DNA of 64,000 nucleotides from Eledone cirrhosa (GCA_964016885.1 OZ024740.1:255006001-255070000), one strand, 5' to 3'. Shown: positions 1-12,197, counted from the first letter of the stretch. Translations and numbers: made by a program. Notes: generated by a model not told the origin, from the letters alone.

Positions 1-53
1 TGAAAACTGCAACAATTGGATTATCTACATATCTAAGGGAATCACATGATTGG

Positions 54-1007
54 ATGATCAAACTCGTTTTGAAACACGAAAGCATCAAAAGATCATATTC
101 CATTACAAAAGATGCACAAAGATACAGTAATGGACTACAAATTTCAGAAGTCCCATTTACTGCTGAAATGGAAAACACAGAAAAAGCAAAGCAGGTAAAA
201 GTAACTGCAAAGAAAGAACTGCTACAGAAACTGGCTAAGAAATGGCAAGAAAAGCCTCTGTATGGAAAATACCCAGAGCGAGCTAACAATCCTGATGTTG
301 ACAAAACTTTAACCCATCAGTGGTTGGCATCCTCTGGACTGAAATCGGAGACTGAAGGACTGATTATATCAGCACAAGATCAGTGTCTGCCAACAAAAAA
401 TTACCAAGCCAACATAATAAAAAATGGATGCAGCCCATTATGCCGTGTATGCAAAAAACAACCAGAGACCATTGACCATATAATTTCAATGTGCAGTCCT
501 ATAGCTCCAACCGAATACCTAAACAGGCATGACAGAGCTGCACAATACATACATTGGATAATGTGTAAGCATTTTGACCTGCCCCATCAAAAGAATTGGT
601 GGGAGCATCAACAACCTCCCATACTTGAAAAAGATCACATCTCAATCTTGTGGAACTTTAGCATCCAAACAGACCGAAAAATAGATGCAAATAGACCTGA
701 TATAATATTGAAGGACTTTAAAAAGAGGGTATGCCTGCTAATTGATATGTCTGTTCCAATAGACAAGAATGTATCTATAAAAACATTTGAAAAATTGAGC
801 AAGTATAAGGACCTGGAGATAGAAATTGGAAAAATGTGGAAATTGAGAACTAAAACAATACCAGTGGTTGTAGGCGCTCTGGGAATGATACCTAAGGGGT
901 CTAATGATTACTTATCGCAAATCCCAGGAAACCCTCGTATAGGAGAAATACAAAAGATAGTACTAATGGGAACTAACCATATACTAAGGAAGATTCTGTC
1001 AATATAA
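54..1007 (+). CDS. C-terminal part of an RLE-type non-LTR retrotransposon ORF (R4/Dong-like): CCHC zinc knuckle plus restriction-like endonuclease; ORF runs in from upstream of the window
   Basis: CRVCKKQPETIDHIISMC knuckle, RHD motif, NRPDII...LIDMSVP...EKLSKYKDL (PD-(D/E)xK-like) and IPVVVGALG; short 3' UTR ending in (TAA)n. Confidence 0.9.
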   Translation: MIKLVLKHESIKRSYSITKDAQRYSNGLQISEVPFTAEMENTEKAKQVKVTAKKELLQKLAKKWQEKPLYGKYPERANNPDVDKTLTHQWLASSGLKSETEGLIISAQDQCLPTKNYQANIIKNGCSPLCRVCKKQPETIDHIISMCSPIAPTEYLNRHDRAAQYIHWIMCKHFDLPHQKNWWEHQQPPILEKDHISILWNFSIQTDRKIDANRPDIILKDFKKRVCLLIDMSVPIDKNVSIKTFEKLSKYKDLEIEIGKMWKLRTKTIPVVVGALGMIPKGSNDYLSQIPGNPRIGEIQKIVLMGTNHILRKILSI

Positions 1008-1150
1008 GTACATCACAAGTCTAAACACTAAAGATGCATGTGTGAGTATGTATGTTCTTTCTTGAACATGGCGGACCTTGTCGTCTCTTGAGGTCACTGG
1101 TTGTGACTTGGTGATAACTCGTATGAACATAAAGTAAGATAAATGCAACT

Positions 1151-1151
<1 letters not shown>

Positions 1152-1188
<37 letters not shown>
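1152..1188. repeat. (TAA)n microsatellite shared as the tail of two convergent LINEs
   Basis: direct read. Confidence 0.95.
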
Positions 1189-1189
<1 letters not shown>

Positions 1190-1756
1190 TTTTCTTTATT
1201 GGCCACAAGGGTTTAGACAAAGTAAGGAATTAAGGACAATACAGGACAATACAGGACGGTACAAATGGGCATTTATGCGAGTAAAAAAACAAAAACAGAG
1301 GATGTAACAAAAAAAAAACAATGAAAAATTCCCCAATAGGGGTGAGACTTCCGAGGACCATCGTGGAGAAAGGCCATTCTAAAAGCCACAGTGCCCTCTC
1401 CCAATTTTCCACCTTCAATTTACAGGCACATACTCAGAGTAGGCCCATTTACTCGGGCCATTCTTGCCTCTCTCACCCATCTTTCAACAAAATACTGGGA
1501 AGAGAGCACCTCCCTCTCTACCCTGATTTTCCTTTTCAAATGAAAGTTGAAAAAGTTAATCAGGGCATCACCGAAGAGGTAAGTGGTAGTCTTCAGCCCT
1601 TTCAAACGTGTCCACCATACTATCTCTTTCGCCATGGCCACCAGACAGATAAAAACTGCCTGCCCTTCCCGGCTAAAGGTGGGGGTAATCCTCACGATGG
1701 ACTCAGCTGATAGCCGGATCCGTCCTACACGCAACAGCATGTGTTCGACATAAACT
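1189..1756 (-). mobile_element. Tx1/L1-clade LINE 3' end (ORF2 C-terminus and 3' UTR), interrupted by an LTR element
   Basis: ORF 1420..1740 (AVFICLVAMAKEIVWWTRLKG...ERWVREARMARV) matches the ORF2 ends at 44403 and 57270; terminus CCCTTGTGGCCAATAAAGAAA. Confidence 0.85.
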
Positions 1757-4434
1757 TGTAGTGACCTACATTCCGCGGGCTCACATACATTCTCTGTGCG
1801 TGATTTGGCTCAGTTCAGCCAATCAGCGCCAGTAGAAGAGGATGTATCCCTACGCGCCCCGAGGAAGAAATTCACCGCGAAGATTTGAAGAATCTCTCTC
1901 TTGTACCAGAAACTTCGAGCCAGCAACACGCATAATGTAGCAGTGAGATATTGCACCTCTAGCCTCGCCGGCTTAACGGCGCAATGGCACATTCCCTTTT
2001 GTAACTTCTTTTTATCTGTAACTTCAACCATATAAATAAACAAACATTTCCTCGCTAATTACTGCGGTTGAAGTCGTTGTTATGTTACTCGTGTCTCCAT
2101 GACATCTTTAATCCATGCTGCTGGAATTGGCGACCTGACGAAAAGAATATTGTAAATAGATGGTAAATAGATCGAGGGACCTTCCCTCACGTCTATGTCA
2201 ACAAGATAATCCAACGAGGATACTATCACTTACCACACTGGCAACTAACGACCACTGATTCTACCACCCTGCGATAACATCTATAACTAATACTGCTAAA
2301 GTGGTGACCCCGACGTAAGAATATCACGCAGCCCTTCTTATTCATTCAGTTTAACTTTTTATTGCCACGTCGCAACTTGCGAAAATCCAGAATATTCCTT
2401 TTAAGATTTTTGAAAAATTAGCAGTATTTCAAAAACTTTTTCGCCACGAAAAATATTTCAAGATGGCTACCGACATGTCATGGCTACGCTTGACAACAAC
2501 AATGACAGCAGCAGCGACAGCGTTGTTTAACCACTGACCAATACAGGGAACAGTGAGTGGCAGCTTCATAACCTTACCGACGCCAACCACCACACATCGG
2601 AAATTTCAAAACGGCTTGTAACTTTACCGACGCAACCACCATACCTTCTGTCTCGTTACCACAGGGACGCGAGAAATTGAGACAGTAGTTATGGCGTCAG
2701 ACGTGACTGCCATATTTGGTGACTCCTACTCTACAGAAGATTCTTTGACTTTGCTTTAACAATAAGCAACAAAACCTTCGGGACGGTAAAATGGCCACGA
2801 AATCTCACAAAAACACCATACATCTAACCCCTAACGGCAGTAACAAACTTCTTTTTCAGTTTTCAGATAGAACTAGTGTCTGTACACTGGTGATGTGTGA
2901 ACTATTTGACTTTGAAAAACTTTGAACTTATTGAGCTGTTTCCCTGCTCCCCTAGATTGACTTTGAATTATCAGTTTGTTACATTCACATATTTCTTTGT
3001 AGAATGCATTTACTTGTTTTGTGCTCTTTTGCTATTTGCTTGCTCATGGTTTTTGTTCATTCACATTCTTTGCTGTTTTACATGCCTGCATATGCACACA
3101 TTTTTTTTATCACACAGCAACATGTTGTTCTTGGTATATGTTCTTCAAACGTAATATTCTGCGAGTCCCTTTTCACCTGGTTGAGATGCTGTCACATGCT
3201 AGCAGCTCACAGAACTTAATCCACTGGATTCAAACAGTCACCGCAACACGAGAATACTAATTGCAGCTGAACTCAAACAGCTTCGCATCTCGTTGCACAC
3301 TGATCGTCCATGACGGCCATCCGTATTGTTGTTTTTGCCCGACTCGCTGGGAAAGCAACAAATTGAACTGGACTTGTCAACATTTCGGCCACTTCTGTGG
3401 ATTCGCCCGAATTATGGAATTTACACTGCAACCCACCTACAGATTAAACTTGCCTTTTGTTCTTTACAAAGCAACCAGCCATTTTTTCCTGGCTCCACAG
3501 CAGATTCGACAATACATCTGGGGGGGCCATCATTTTCTCGCCAGCACTGGTAAACTACCATAATAGCTTCGTTCACAGCTACTGGTACAACGCTTACCAT
3601 TAACATTTAATGCAAGAACAGCAACCTCGCCCATGTCAGACTTTATCCGTTTTTTGTTAGACCTTTGGCGGTCACGTATAAACAACAAAACAACTGGTCA
3701 TTTGACACAACGGCTCAACACGGCCCATAGCGCCTAATTTTTTGTTCTTGCATGCAACCTTCTGCTCAATTATTTTTTCACTGATGTGCTCTTTCAGCAT
3801 TTGTTCTTGCTGATTTAATAATATGTGGGTCCTTGGTTTCTTCGTTATCGATTTTCGGCTGAAAATCTGGTCGGAGGTGATGTAGTGACCTACATTCCGC
3901 GGGCTCACATACATTCTCTGTGCGTGATTTGGCTCAGTTCAGCCAATCAGCGCCAGTAGAAGAGGATGTATCCCTACGCGCCCTGAGGAAGAAATTCACC
4001 GCGAAGATTTGAAGAATCTCTCTCTTGTACCAGAAACTTCGAGCCAGCAACACGCATAATGTAGCAGTGAGATATTGCACCCCTAGCCTCGCCGGCTTAA
4101 CGGCGCAATGGCACATTCCCTTTTGTAACCTCTTTTTATCTGTAACTTCAACCATATAAATAAACAAACATTTCATCTCTAATTACTGCGGTTGAAGTCG
4201 TTATTATATTACTCGTGTCTCAATAACAACTTTAATCCATGCTGCTGGAATTGGCGACCTGACGAAAGGAATATTGTAAATAGATGGTAAATAGATCGAG
4301 GGACCTTCCCTCACGTCTATGTCAACAAGATAATCCAACGAGGATACTATCACTTACCACACTGGCAACTAACGACCTTCAATCATCTACCCTGTTAAAG
4401 TGGCGATAACTACTCTACAACTAATAACTGCTAA
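1757..4434 (+). mobile_element. Non-autonomous LTR retroelement, copy 1 (LTRs 1757-2299 and 3881-4434)
   Basis: ~550-bp direct repeats starting TGTAGTGACC; PBS after the 5' LTR; purine-rich GGAGGTGA before the 3' LTR; TSD AAACT at 1752-1756 and 4435-4439; no long internal ORF. Confidence 0.9.
2302..2316 (+). promoter_or_regulatory. Primer binding site complementary to the tRNA-Trp 3' end
   Basis: TGGTGACCCCGACGT is the reverse complement of ACGUCGGGGUCACCA, the 3' end of eukaryotic tRNA-Trp. Confidence 0.85.
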
Positions 4435-4850
4435 AAACTCACAACTCAGCAATGCTCGGAGACTGTACGAGTGCGGTTTCGTCACCCTGCGCGCATCTCG
4501 TACATGCACTTCCATGCCTGTAGAGTTTATCCCGAACTGGCAAAGCTCCTGGGTAGCACTGTCAGGCCAGGTATTTCTGGAAGTTGTCCATAGGCCCCAT
4601 TAAATTTTGTCGACGCCTAGATTTTCCCCAAGTATGTCGTCGCTCTTCCCCTCCACTAATCCTCTATAGAACGCCAAGGTGGAGTTTCCACCGATCACAT
4701 TCCCCGACTGGTCGAGGGCTGTGAGCGCCTGAAGACATTCCAATCTCCAAGCGCTCCCTCTCAGTGTCGCTTGACCCAGGACTGCAGCTCCGCCAAGGAG
4801 ACGAGCTGGGGAAAGACGCGTCTAGCAAACGGCGACCACACCTGATCAGA
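4435..4850 (-). mobile_element. Continuation of the decayed Tx1 ORF2 beyond the LTR insertion
   Basis: Rejoining across the TSD restores AGCATTGCTGAGTTGTGAGTTTATGTCGAAC, homologous to ~62188-62218; GPMDNFQ and ELQSWVK remnants. Confidence 0.8.
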
Positions 4851-4949
4851 CGTTATTTGTTTGTTTGTAAAAGTAGAGTTAAAGTCGTATTTACCAAGAA
4901 AACTTAATGAAGTTCACTGGCTTGTTTGAGAGAGAGACCAAGATTGTGT

Positions 4950-4952
<3 letters not shown>

Positions 4953-5044
<92 letters not shown>
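4953..5044. repeat. (GA)n microsatellite
   Basis: direct read. Confidence 0.95.
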
Positions 5045-5046
<2 letters not shown>

Positions 5047-5062
5047 AGAGAAAGTAAGAGTC

Positions 5063-6011
5063 TGTAAGGTTACATGTTTACTCTATCAAGAACCACTCCG
5101 AACTGCCTGACTTGATCTAAGGCAGGCTATTTATCTTTGTCGCTTCCTCCGTCTCCAAGACTTGAGAACAAAGGACTGACCTTTCGAGTTTGTTCAATCT
5201 CAGACATGTTGACACCCGAAAGGAGATAACCCAGAAAATGACCATTAAATGTCACCTAGGGTTCAAGGTGTGGACAGATTTCGCTACATTAGTTCCCCAC
5301 CCAGATCTATACTGGAGCAGCGATCGATTAAAAAAGAGGTGGCGAAATTTGATTACAGGAGCGTGTCCCGAAACACACAAATCAGAGAAATGTTGGAAAA
5401 CAAAATCGTGTAAATGTGTATGCATGTGTGTATGTAAACATTTAAAAGAAGCTGTAAATATACGGAGTTGTAATCAACTCACGCATTTTAAACTACTGAC
5501 GTGCACAGTTGCGATCATCGAATTGTGTATACAGTGGACTGAATCGCTCGATGCATAATTTGTACATGCTTTCCCCAGTGAGTTGGGGAAGTCGTGAACT
5601 GGATTGAGGTTTACGTTATGAGTGTGTGCAATTTCGAGTTGCATGCCTGAATGAGTCCCAGTGTGGGTGAGTTTCATGTGTCGATAGCTGTTTCCGTACC
5701 TCAACCAGGTAAAAAGTGATCTCACAGAATTCCCACACAAATCAAGTACATACATTATGAATATTTAAAGTAGAAACAAAATGTTTGTGTGTAAAAAGGA
5801 ATGATATGTAAGTGTTTGATGCAAAACGTGTATGTGCATGCATACAGTGAAATCAACGTTCATTTTCAACCTTGAAAAAAAAAAGAAATAATTGTTCTAA
5901 ACAACAAAAAATTCGGTTTTTCTTTTCTTTGTGTGTCAGTGTTCTTTTTTTTATTTATATCTTTGGTATAAGAATGTTATCGTTTCTTGCTAGGAAGCTA
6001 GTAGTGTTGTC

Positions 6012-6042
<31 letters not shown>

Positions 6043-6385
6043 GAAGAAGACGAAGCAATTTCTCGGCCGTGTAACATGTTCGCTGTAAAATGATTGGTCA
6101 TGAATTGAAGAATTGAAGCGAAGTCACCGTAAATATTCCGTAGAATCGAAGTTTGGTAAATAATTTGAAGAAGTGAAGTTTTATTATATAAATTTGAAGC
6201 TTGGTAAATATCGATTAATTAGAAAGCAGCGTGTTCGAATCACGTCGGTATGTCACCAATTATAACGATGTTTTTGATTTGCATGGCCGTCCAATCTCAG
6301 GCCTGTTAATGCCCGAAAGGAGATAACCCAGAAAATGACCATTAAATGACACCCAGGGATCAACGTGTGGACAGATTTCGCTACA
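5063..6385 (-). mobile_element. Pair of related LTR-like units (5063-5288 and 6070-6385); possibly a decayed second LTR element
   Basis: Both read TGTAGCGAAATCTGTCCAC...TTACA on the minus strand and share ~95 bp; PPT-like GGGTGGGGAAC precedes the 5063-5288 unit; no TSD or PBS seen. Confidence 0.45.
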
Positions 6386-6979
6386 ATAGAACCTGTTAAC
6401 ATATTTATGCATTCCCTCCACTCTTGTCAAGGGTATTTCCTGGACTCTCAGGGATCATTAGAGCCTCAACAAAAGGCTTTGCTGATAACACCGCGTCCTT
6501 AACTTCCCTACCAAACCTCAATTGTCAATGGTAGTTAGTCCTTGTTTTAGATTTATCTCTATATAACTACCCCGTTTCTCTTTCAATTTCCAAATGGAAT
6601 TCCTTTATTTGACTTCATATTTGTCTAATTTGACCTCGGCATTGCTAAAATATCTCTTCCAGTTTACCTCCAATTATTTTTACTTCTTCCTTTCTTTCCA
6701 CGATGGCAATGATGTCCATGAATGTGAACAATGGTGATAATACCAGGTTTTTTCCTATTTTTACTCCTTCCGAGAACATTCTTACCGTTATCAACCTCAC
6801 CCCCATAGCCATTACAAAGAGGAATGGTTATGGAGGCGGGGTTGTCATCGACTCATGAAAAGTTTGGTAGTTGAGAACCACATTAATGCTGATTCTAACT
6901 ATGGTAACATAATATCACTCACTAGTTCTGGAATACGAAAGAAGTCTAATGTTTTGTGTGTCAGCCCATGGAGGAATTT

Positions 6980-7130
6980 AAGGTGGCGGATTGACAGAGT
7001 TGGTAGAACATCGGATAGACTGCTTTATGGTGTTCGTTTCTGCTCTTTGAGTTCAAATGTCGCCGAGGGCAACTTTGCTTTTCATCCTTTCGATGTCGAT
7101 AAAAAAAAATACTAGTCAAATACTGGGGTT
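6980..7130 (+). mobile_element. tRNA-derived SINE, same family as copies at 61.4-63.0 kb
   Basis: B-box GAGTTCAAAT followed by GCCGAGG-CAACTTTGCTTTTCATCCTTTCG-TGTCGATAAA. Confidence 0.75.
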
Positions 7131-7664
7131 GGTCTTTTTTCTATATCTCTTCCTCTCTCACACTTTTTATCCTTCTCTGGAGGAAATCTACTGTAGTCAG
7201 ATCTAGAGTGGGTAGGCTCTGTCAGGCTTTAAAAAAAGCCCCAGAAACACCGTACGTTACGACAGCGTCCTTATAACTCCATCTGGAGTTACGGGATAAA
7301 AGGAAAAAAAATCATGGAGGAACAGACCTATATGCATTTGTCAAGTCAAGTCAAACAACTTAAGTGTCCTTTCCTTCACGTTTTGCATGCTGGATGGAGC
7401 TGCATACCATCTGGACATGCTCTGGGTTCCTGGAACACCCGGTACACCAACTTTCTGAACGAATGTACTGATAAGTTAAATCATTGTTAGGAACATCGAT
7501 ATTCTCCTACCAGCATTCTGTAAAACACCGAGGTGGGATATTGGCTGGAACTGATCAACTGATGTTGTCCTCTTATCCTTAGGCCCATAAAACACTTTCT
7601 CCTCTACAATGAAGAGGGATAAGTACCGTTATTTTCTATCTTTTATTACACTGTGTTTATTATA

Positions 7665-7780
7665 AAGGCGTGTGGCTTAGTGGTTAGGGAATTGGATTCG
7701 CAATCGTTTGGTTGCAAGTTCGTTTCCTAGACGGGTGATGCGTTATGTCCTTCAGCAAGACTCTATATTTTACGTTGTTC
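7665..7780 (+). mobile_element. tRNA-headed CORE-like SINE fragment
   Basis: A-box TGGCTTAGTGG, B-box-like AGTTCGTTTCC, then TGTCCTTCAGCAAGACTCT resembling the CORE domain. Confidence 0.6.
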
Positions 7781-7929
7781 TTTCTACCAGGAGTTACGAT
7801 CTGTAAATAATATCAACAATGGAAAGACTAATGGAAACATTGTGTCCGATTTGATGAGTTCCACTTCACTCAGTAAGCGAATAAATCTTGTCAATCGTTA
7901 AAAAAACATTACACTTCTAGCTACAAGTT

Positions 7930-8170
7930 TCTCCCTCTTCTTATGCCATCACTGTATCAATGTTTGACGAACCATGACGTTCCACGCTGTTTTACCTCGG
8001 GCGAAATACCATACTTCTGTTGACGATCTCTGGCAGGCTTCCAGCATGCCTTTCCTCATGGCATGTACCAGGAACATTAGTTGTCTCTTAATAGTGAGCA
8101 GTATTTCACGTTCTATACGTACTCTCTTCAAAACCTTTTCACTATTTATTCGGTCTATAGGTTTAACATC
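7930..8170 (-). pseudogene. Heavily decayed RTE-like LINE 3' fragment
   Basis: ILLTIKRQLMFLVHAMRKGMLE resembles the RTE C-terminal F-GH-MR motif. Confidence 0.45.
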
Positions 8171-9009
8171 GAAAAGGCGGCAACCAGTAACCAGGATCTC
8201 ATTTGTGTAATGGTTAAGGCGTCATTCGCCATCTATCCAACAAATGCGAGGCTGGATGCGAAAATTAATCAGGAAAAGTTGGTGGGTCTGTCAATTGGCT
8301 CGGGATCTGGTCTGGTACGGTCCTCCAAGTGGATAATAACTGCGATAATGTAACGAGTAAGGTGTTCAGAACTGTCAGGTAGAGATGGCGAAGGCGTATA
8401 TCGATTCTGTCATCTATTACATCCTGACCACCGTGTCTTCCCGCAGTCAACGTTTCACCAGAATTGGAGCGCCTACTTTTTCACTTTTTGTGGCAGGGAC
8501 TGGTCAGGTGGTCCATCTGCTGTTGACGGCTGGGTTTGTCGTGGCTGATGATGTGAGTACATGAGTTGAGACCACGGCATTTGCAAGTATTCCTTTCTAT
8601 GTGTTTGATCCCAGTGGCCAACAAAGTAATCATTGTTTATATATGTTAAAAGATGTATGTTCTTCTGGTTTTATAATTTTATAAATTTTTACCAATAGAG
8701 AGAGAGTCAATTTCTAACGTAGATACAAAACTCTCTAGTTGGGATTTAATCAACATCAACTAGGTTGATATATATGCATATCTGCATGCATGCATGTGTG
8801 CAGTAGAGTGTTCCAGAATCCCACATTTTACACAAAAGTGTTTTTTTCTTAGCTCCCTATGCATTTTCTCATGCCATTTTGTATATTATCAATTTATAAT
8901 GTAATTTTGATTATTTCAGACTGTGCAGGTATGGATGTTATTGTATGTGTGGATGTGTATGTTTTGGGTTGTATATGTACATGTGCATATGCTTTGAATC
9001 TGTACATGT

Positions 9010-9400
9010 GTATATGCAGTTATTAGATGCAGAATTTTTGGAATGTTTTACATATTTTTACTGTTCAATTAATGGATTGTACTTGTAATTTCTTAACTAG
9101 TTGTGTTCTTTCTGTTTCTGTGAAGCCCAGCTTCTCAAGATTTGTATTGAGGCAGTTACTAACATATCCCAGTGCCCCAATAATCACAGGCATAAATCTG
9201 AAGGTGTAATCAGGATGCACTATCTGCAGATTTCTCATTAATTCTGCTAATCTTTAATATTATATTGGCATCTGCTGGGCAGCTAACTTCCACTACTGTG
9301 CATGCCTTCTTTTCCCTGTCCCATATAATTATATCTGGTCTGTTATGTTTGCATTTTAGAGGGGTTTTGACTGGAACATTCCACCAGTACTCCTTCATAT
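9010..9400 (-). pseudogene. RLE-type LINE endonuclease fragment (second family)
   Basis: YWWNVPV...HNRPDIIIWDREKKACTVVEVSCPAD, and FMPVIIGALGYV in another frame. Confidence 0.8.
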
Positions 9401-9744
9401 TATGTATGTATGCATGCATGCATGTATGTATGTATGTATGTATGTATGTATGTATGTATGTATGTATGTATGTATGTATGTATGTATGTATGTATGTATG
9501 TATGTATGTATGTATGTATGTGTGTGTGTGTGTGTGTATCTGTATGGTGTGTGAGTGTGTGTATGTATGTGTGTAATAATAGTGTTATACGTATGCATAT
9601 ATATATGTGTATATATATATATATGTATATATATATATGTGTGTGTGTATGTGGGTTTGAGTGTATGGATGTGTGTGTGCGTGTGTGTATGTATGTGTGT
9701 ATGTATATGCACAATAATGTATTTACAATATATGAAGATGTATA

Positions 9745-9794
<50 letters not shown>

Positions 9795-9800
9795 CATATA
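9401..9800. repeat. (TATG)n, (TG)n and (TA)n microsatellite cluster
   Basis: direct read. Confidence 0.95.
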
Positions 9801-10060
9801 TCTAGAAAAACAACAATAGCAAAAACAAGCAACGAACGAAAATCAACAACAAAACAATAGGAAGCAATATGAAACAATATAAAATAATAACAGAATATAA
9901 GAGGAATGTATTGGTATTTTCTGTTGAAAAAAAAAAGAACCAATTTAGAATCAGATCAAATTAGAGATGGCAACATGAATGGGCCTGTTATTTTTCTCTA
10001 AAATATTGTTTTCCAATTCCACCCCGCCCGTCCCTTCAATCTTTCTAATTTTTCATTCTT

Positions 10061-10097
10061 TCTTCTGATGAAGAACTAGCGTCCGAAACGTTAAGAC
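10061..10097 (+). ncRNA. Minimal type I hammerhead ribozyme (Penelope-type), partly decayed
   Basis: tctt-CTGATGA-agaac tagc gtcc-GAAA-CGTT-aaga; stem I tctt/aaga; palindromic stem III. Confidence 0.6.
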
Positions 10098-10226
10098 CCT
10101 CTTCCTGCTATTTCAAGCGTTAACCTAATATATTCCTTCATTATACTGTACCGATTGTGTTGTTATTTCTGTTTAACTTTTACATATATGATACAACACT
10201 GAATCCATGTTCCGTTATTCTTATAC

Positions 10227-10258
<32 letters not shown>

Positions 10259-10376
10259 TTACAGTAATCAAAGTTCAGTTTAAGTCATTTATATATATAT
10301 ATATATAGAGAGAGAGAGCGTGAAACTAATAAACCTTTGTTCGTACTGCCTCTCTGTTTTGTTCTCTTTCCATTTT

Positions 10377-10437
<61 letters not shown>

Positions 10438-10473
10438 TAAGAATAAAGGAACAATGATTCAGTGTTGTATCAT

Positions 10474-10569
10474 AAAATATTACATATGTTTCACTATCGA
10501 TCAGCTCGAGGAAAGACCTATTATTGATCGAACCTGATTCTGTAATCGAAAGATCATCAGATATGTTTT
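10474..10569 (-). ncRNA. Type I hammerhead ribozyme in a ~200-bp fold-back mini-element (~10430-10628)
   Basis: atat-CTGATGA-tctttcgatta...tgatcgatagt-GAAAC-ATAT-GTA-atat; element tail repeated in inverted form. Confidence 0.7.
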
Positions 10570-10889
10570 CTATGTTATGATACAACACTGAATGATTTAT
10601 TCTTATAGTTCCTTTATTCTTATAGTATTATACTCTGCCCTGCGTGAGCATCGAGTGCTCAACCGGCATACCGCCTACGGACGCAATTATCTTAAAACAA
10701 TAGGCCTATATATAGGCACCCGGGAACTAATATAGGCACCGGTTTACGTGTGTTGTATTGAAGCGAATAACTATGTGTATACTCTGGAATGTATTCTACA
10801 TTATCTATTGAGTACGCTGAAATACAACCGGTCCTGGTATTGTTAAATATGCTGGGTCAGTCAACTCCTTATTATTATTATTATATATA

Positions 10890-11840
10890 TATAATAATAA
10901 TAATGAGTTGACGGAATACAAAAAAACAGACAATGCAGGAGTACAAGTTACAAATCGCATTAGTGTCAGGCTTAGTGAGAGTGGGAGGGAGGGGTGTAGG
11001 TGCGACATTTTGGACATAGGCCCTTCATCAGGAGAGTGGGGGGGGGTCTCCGAGAAAGAGTGAGGAGAGGGGAGGGGGTTAGCGGGAAAAAGGAGATAAA
11101 ACATGAAGTAGAAAATAAAAGTTAAAATAAAAGTTGTAAAAAGATGAGAGGGATATAGGGATCGGCGAGGGCACGGGTGTGATGGTGCGTGAGTGGTGGA
11201 TGGAGGGGGAGAGAGAGGGGGGAGGGAAAAAAGAGTCCAAGCTGGAATGGCGGAAGCTGAGGTGTGTGTGTGTGTATGCGTGGATGTAAGTGTGAGAGTC
11301 TGGGGGAGAGCGGGGGTACGTGCTTATGGGTTTTGAAAAACCATTGTGTATGTTGAAGTGGAATGTAAGTCTGTGTGTGTGGGGGGGGGGTCTGTGTCTC
11401 TGTGTGTGTGTGGATGGAAAGGGGTCGGATGGGGTGAGGGGAGATCGTGCGGGATCCAGAGGTGGTGTGGGTGTATGTGAGGATGTGCACGTGTGTGTGT
11501 TTTGTGGTAAAGAGAGGATGATGTGGGTTCGTGTGAAACGTATGGTTGTGTGTGTGCGAAAATGGTATGTGTCTGTGCGTCTAAGTTTCTGAATGGTTGT
11601 CGATGTTTGTGTATAAGTGATGGCACGGTTCCAAGTTGAAATCTCATTGGTATCCGAGGGTGTAAACTTCTGTGGTAGAGTCCATAGGAATGGTGAGGAG
11701 GAAGTGGAATGTTATGGGGCGCGAGCAACAGGAAGTGGTCAAGATGGTCAAGTTAAGGGGTGGGGAGAGGGTGGTGAGAGTAGAGATGGCACGGCAATGT
11801 GTGAGTGGGGAGGGAGGGGGATCAGCAAAATTACATTTGC
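10890..11840 (-). mobile_element. Decayed Penelope-like element 3' end with degenerate hammerhead at ~11002-11036
   Basis: RFQLGTVPS resembles the PLE C-terminal F-LGT motif; CTGATGAAGGGC-CTAT-GTCC-AAAATGTC; pyrimidine-rich 3' UTR; inverted tail at ~10860-10912. Confidence 0.55.
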
Positions 11841-12142
11841 TAAAAGGTGGGTGAATGTGGCAAGAATTCCCGTGTGAGTGGGCCTACTCTGACCATGCGC
11901 CTGTAGGTGGGTGAATTTGAAGAGGAGAGGGGTGCCCTTCCCGGGTGCTCTCGAAGCGTCGGGTTGTTCAGGATTGGTGGGGTACCTGAGTGAACCATGC
12001 GTTGTCATCCCCCCTATTGGGGAATCCTTCTTGTTGTAATTCTATTGTTATTTATATTGTTTACACGTTGTATATGTAAACCCCACTGTCCCAGTCTTTT
12101 GTATTGTTCCCTATATGTCGGCCCTTGTGGCCAATAAATGAA
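11841..12142 (+). mobile_element. 5'-truncated Tx1 LINE 3' end
   Basis: KRWVNVAR, CCTGTAG stop, CCCCTATTGGGG hairpin and GCCCTTGTGGCCAATAAA terminus. Confidence 0.8.

Positions 12143-12196
<54 letters not shown>
12143..12196. repeat. (ATT)n between two head-to-tail Tx1 elements
   Basis: direct read. Confidence 0.95.

Positions 12197-12197
<1 letters not shown>

Noticed and set aside
1757-1765. LTR start TGTAGTGAC matches the minisatellite unit
   Set aside because: Only 9 bp with no further similarity, and neither LTR copy lies in the satellite.
2317-3880. Short ORFs in the LTR element's internal region
   Set aside because: No gag or pol motifs recognised, and frames differ between the two copies.
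9265-9860. ORFs such as (HTYI)n and (MYVC)n here and at other simple repeats
   Set aside because: Translations of microsatellites.
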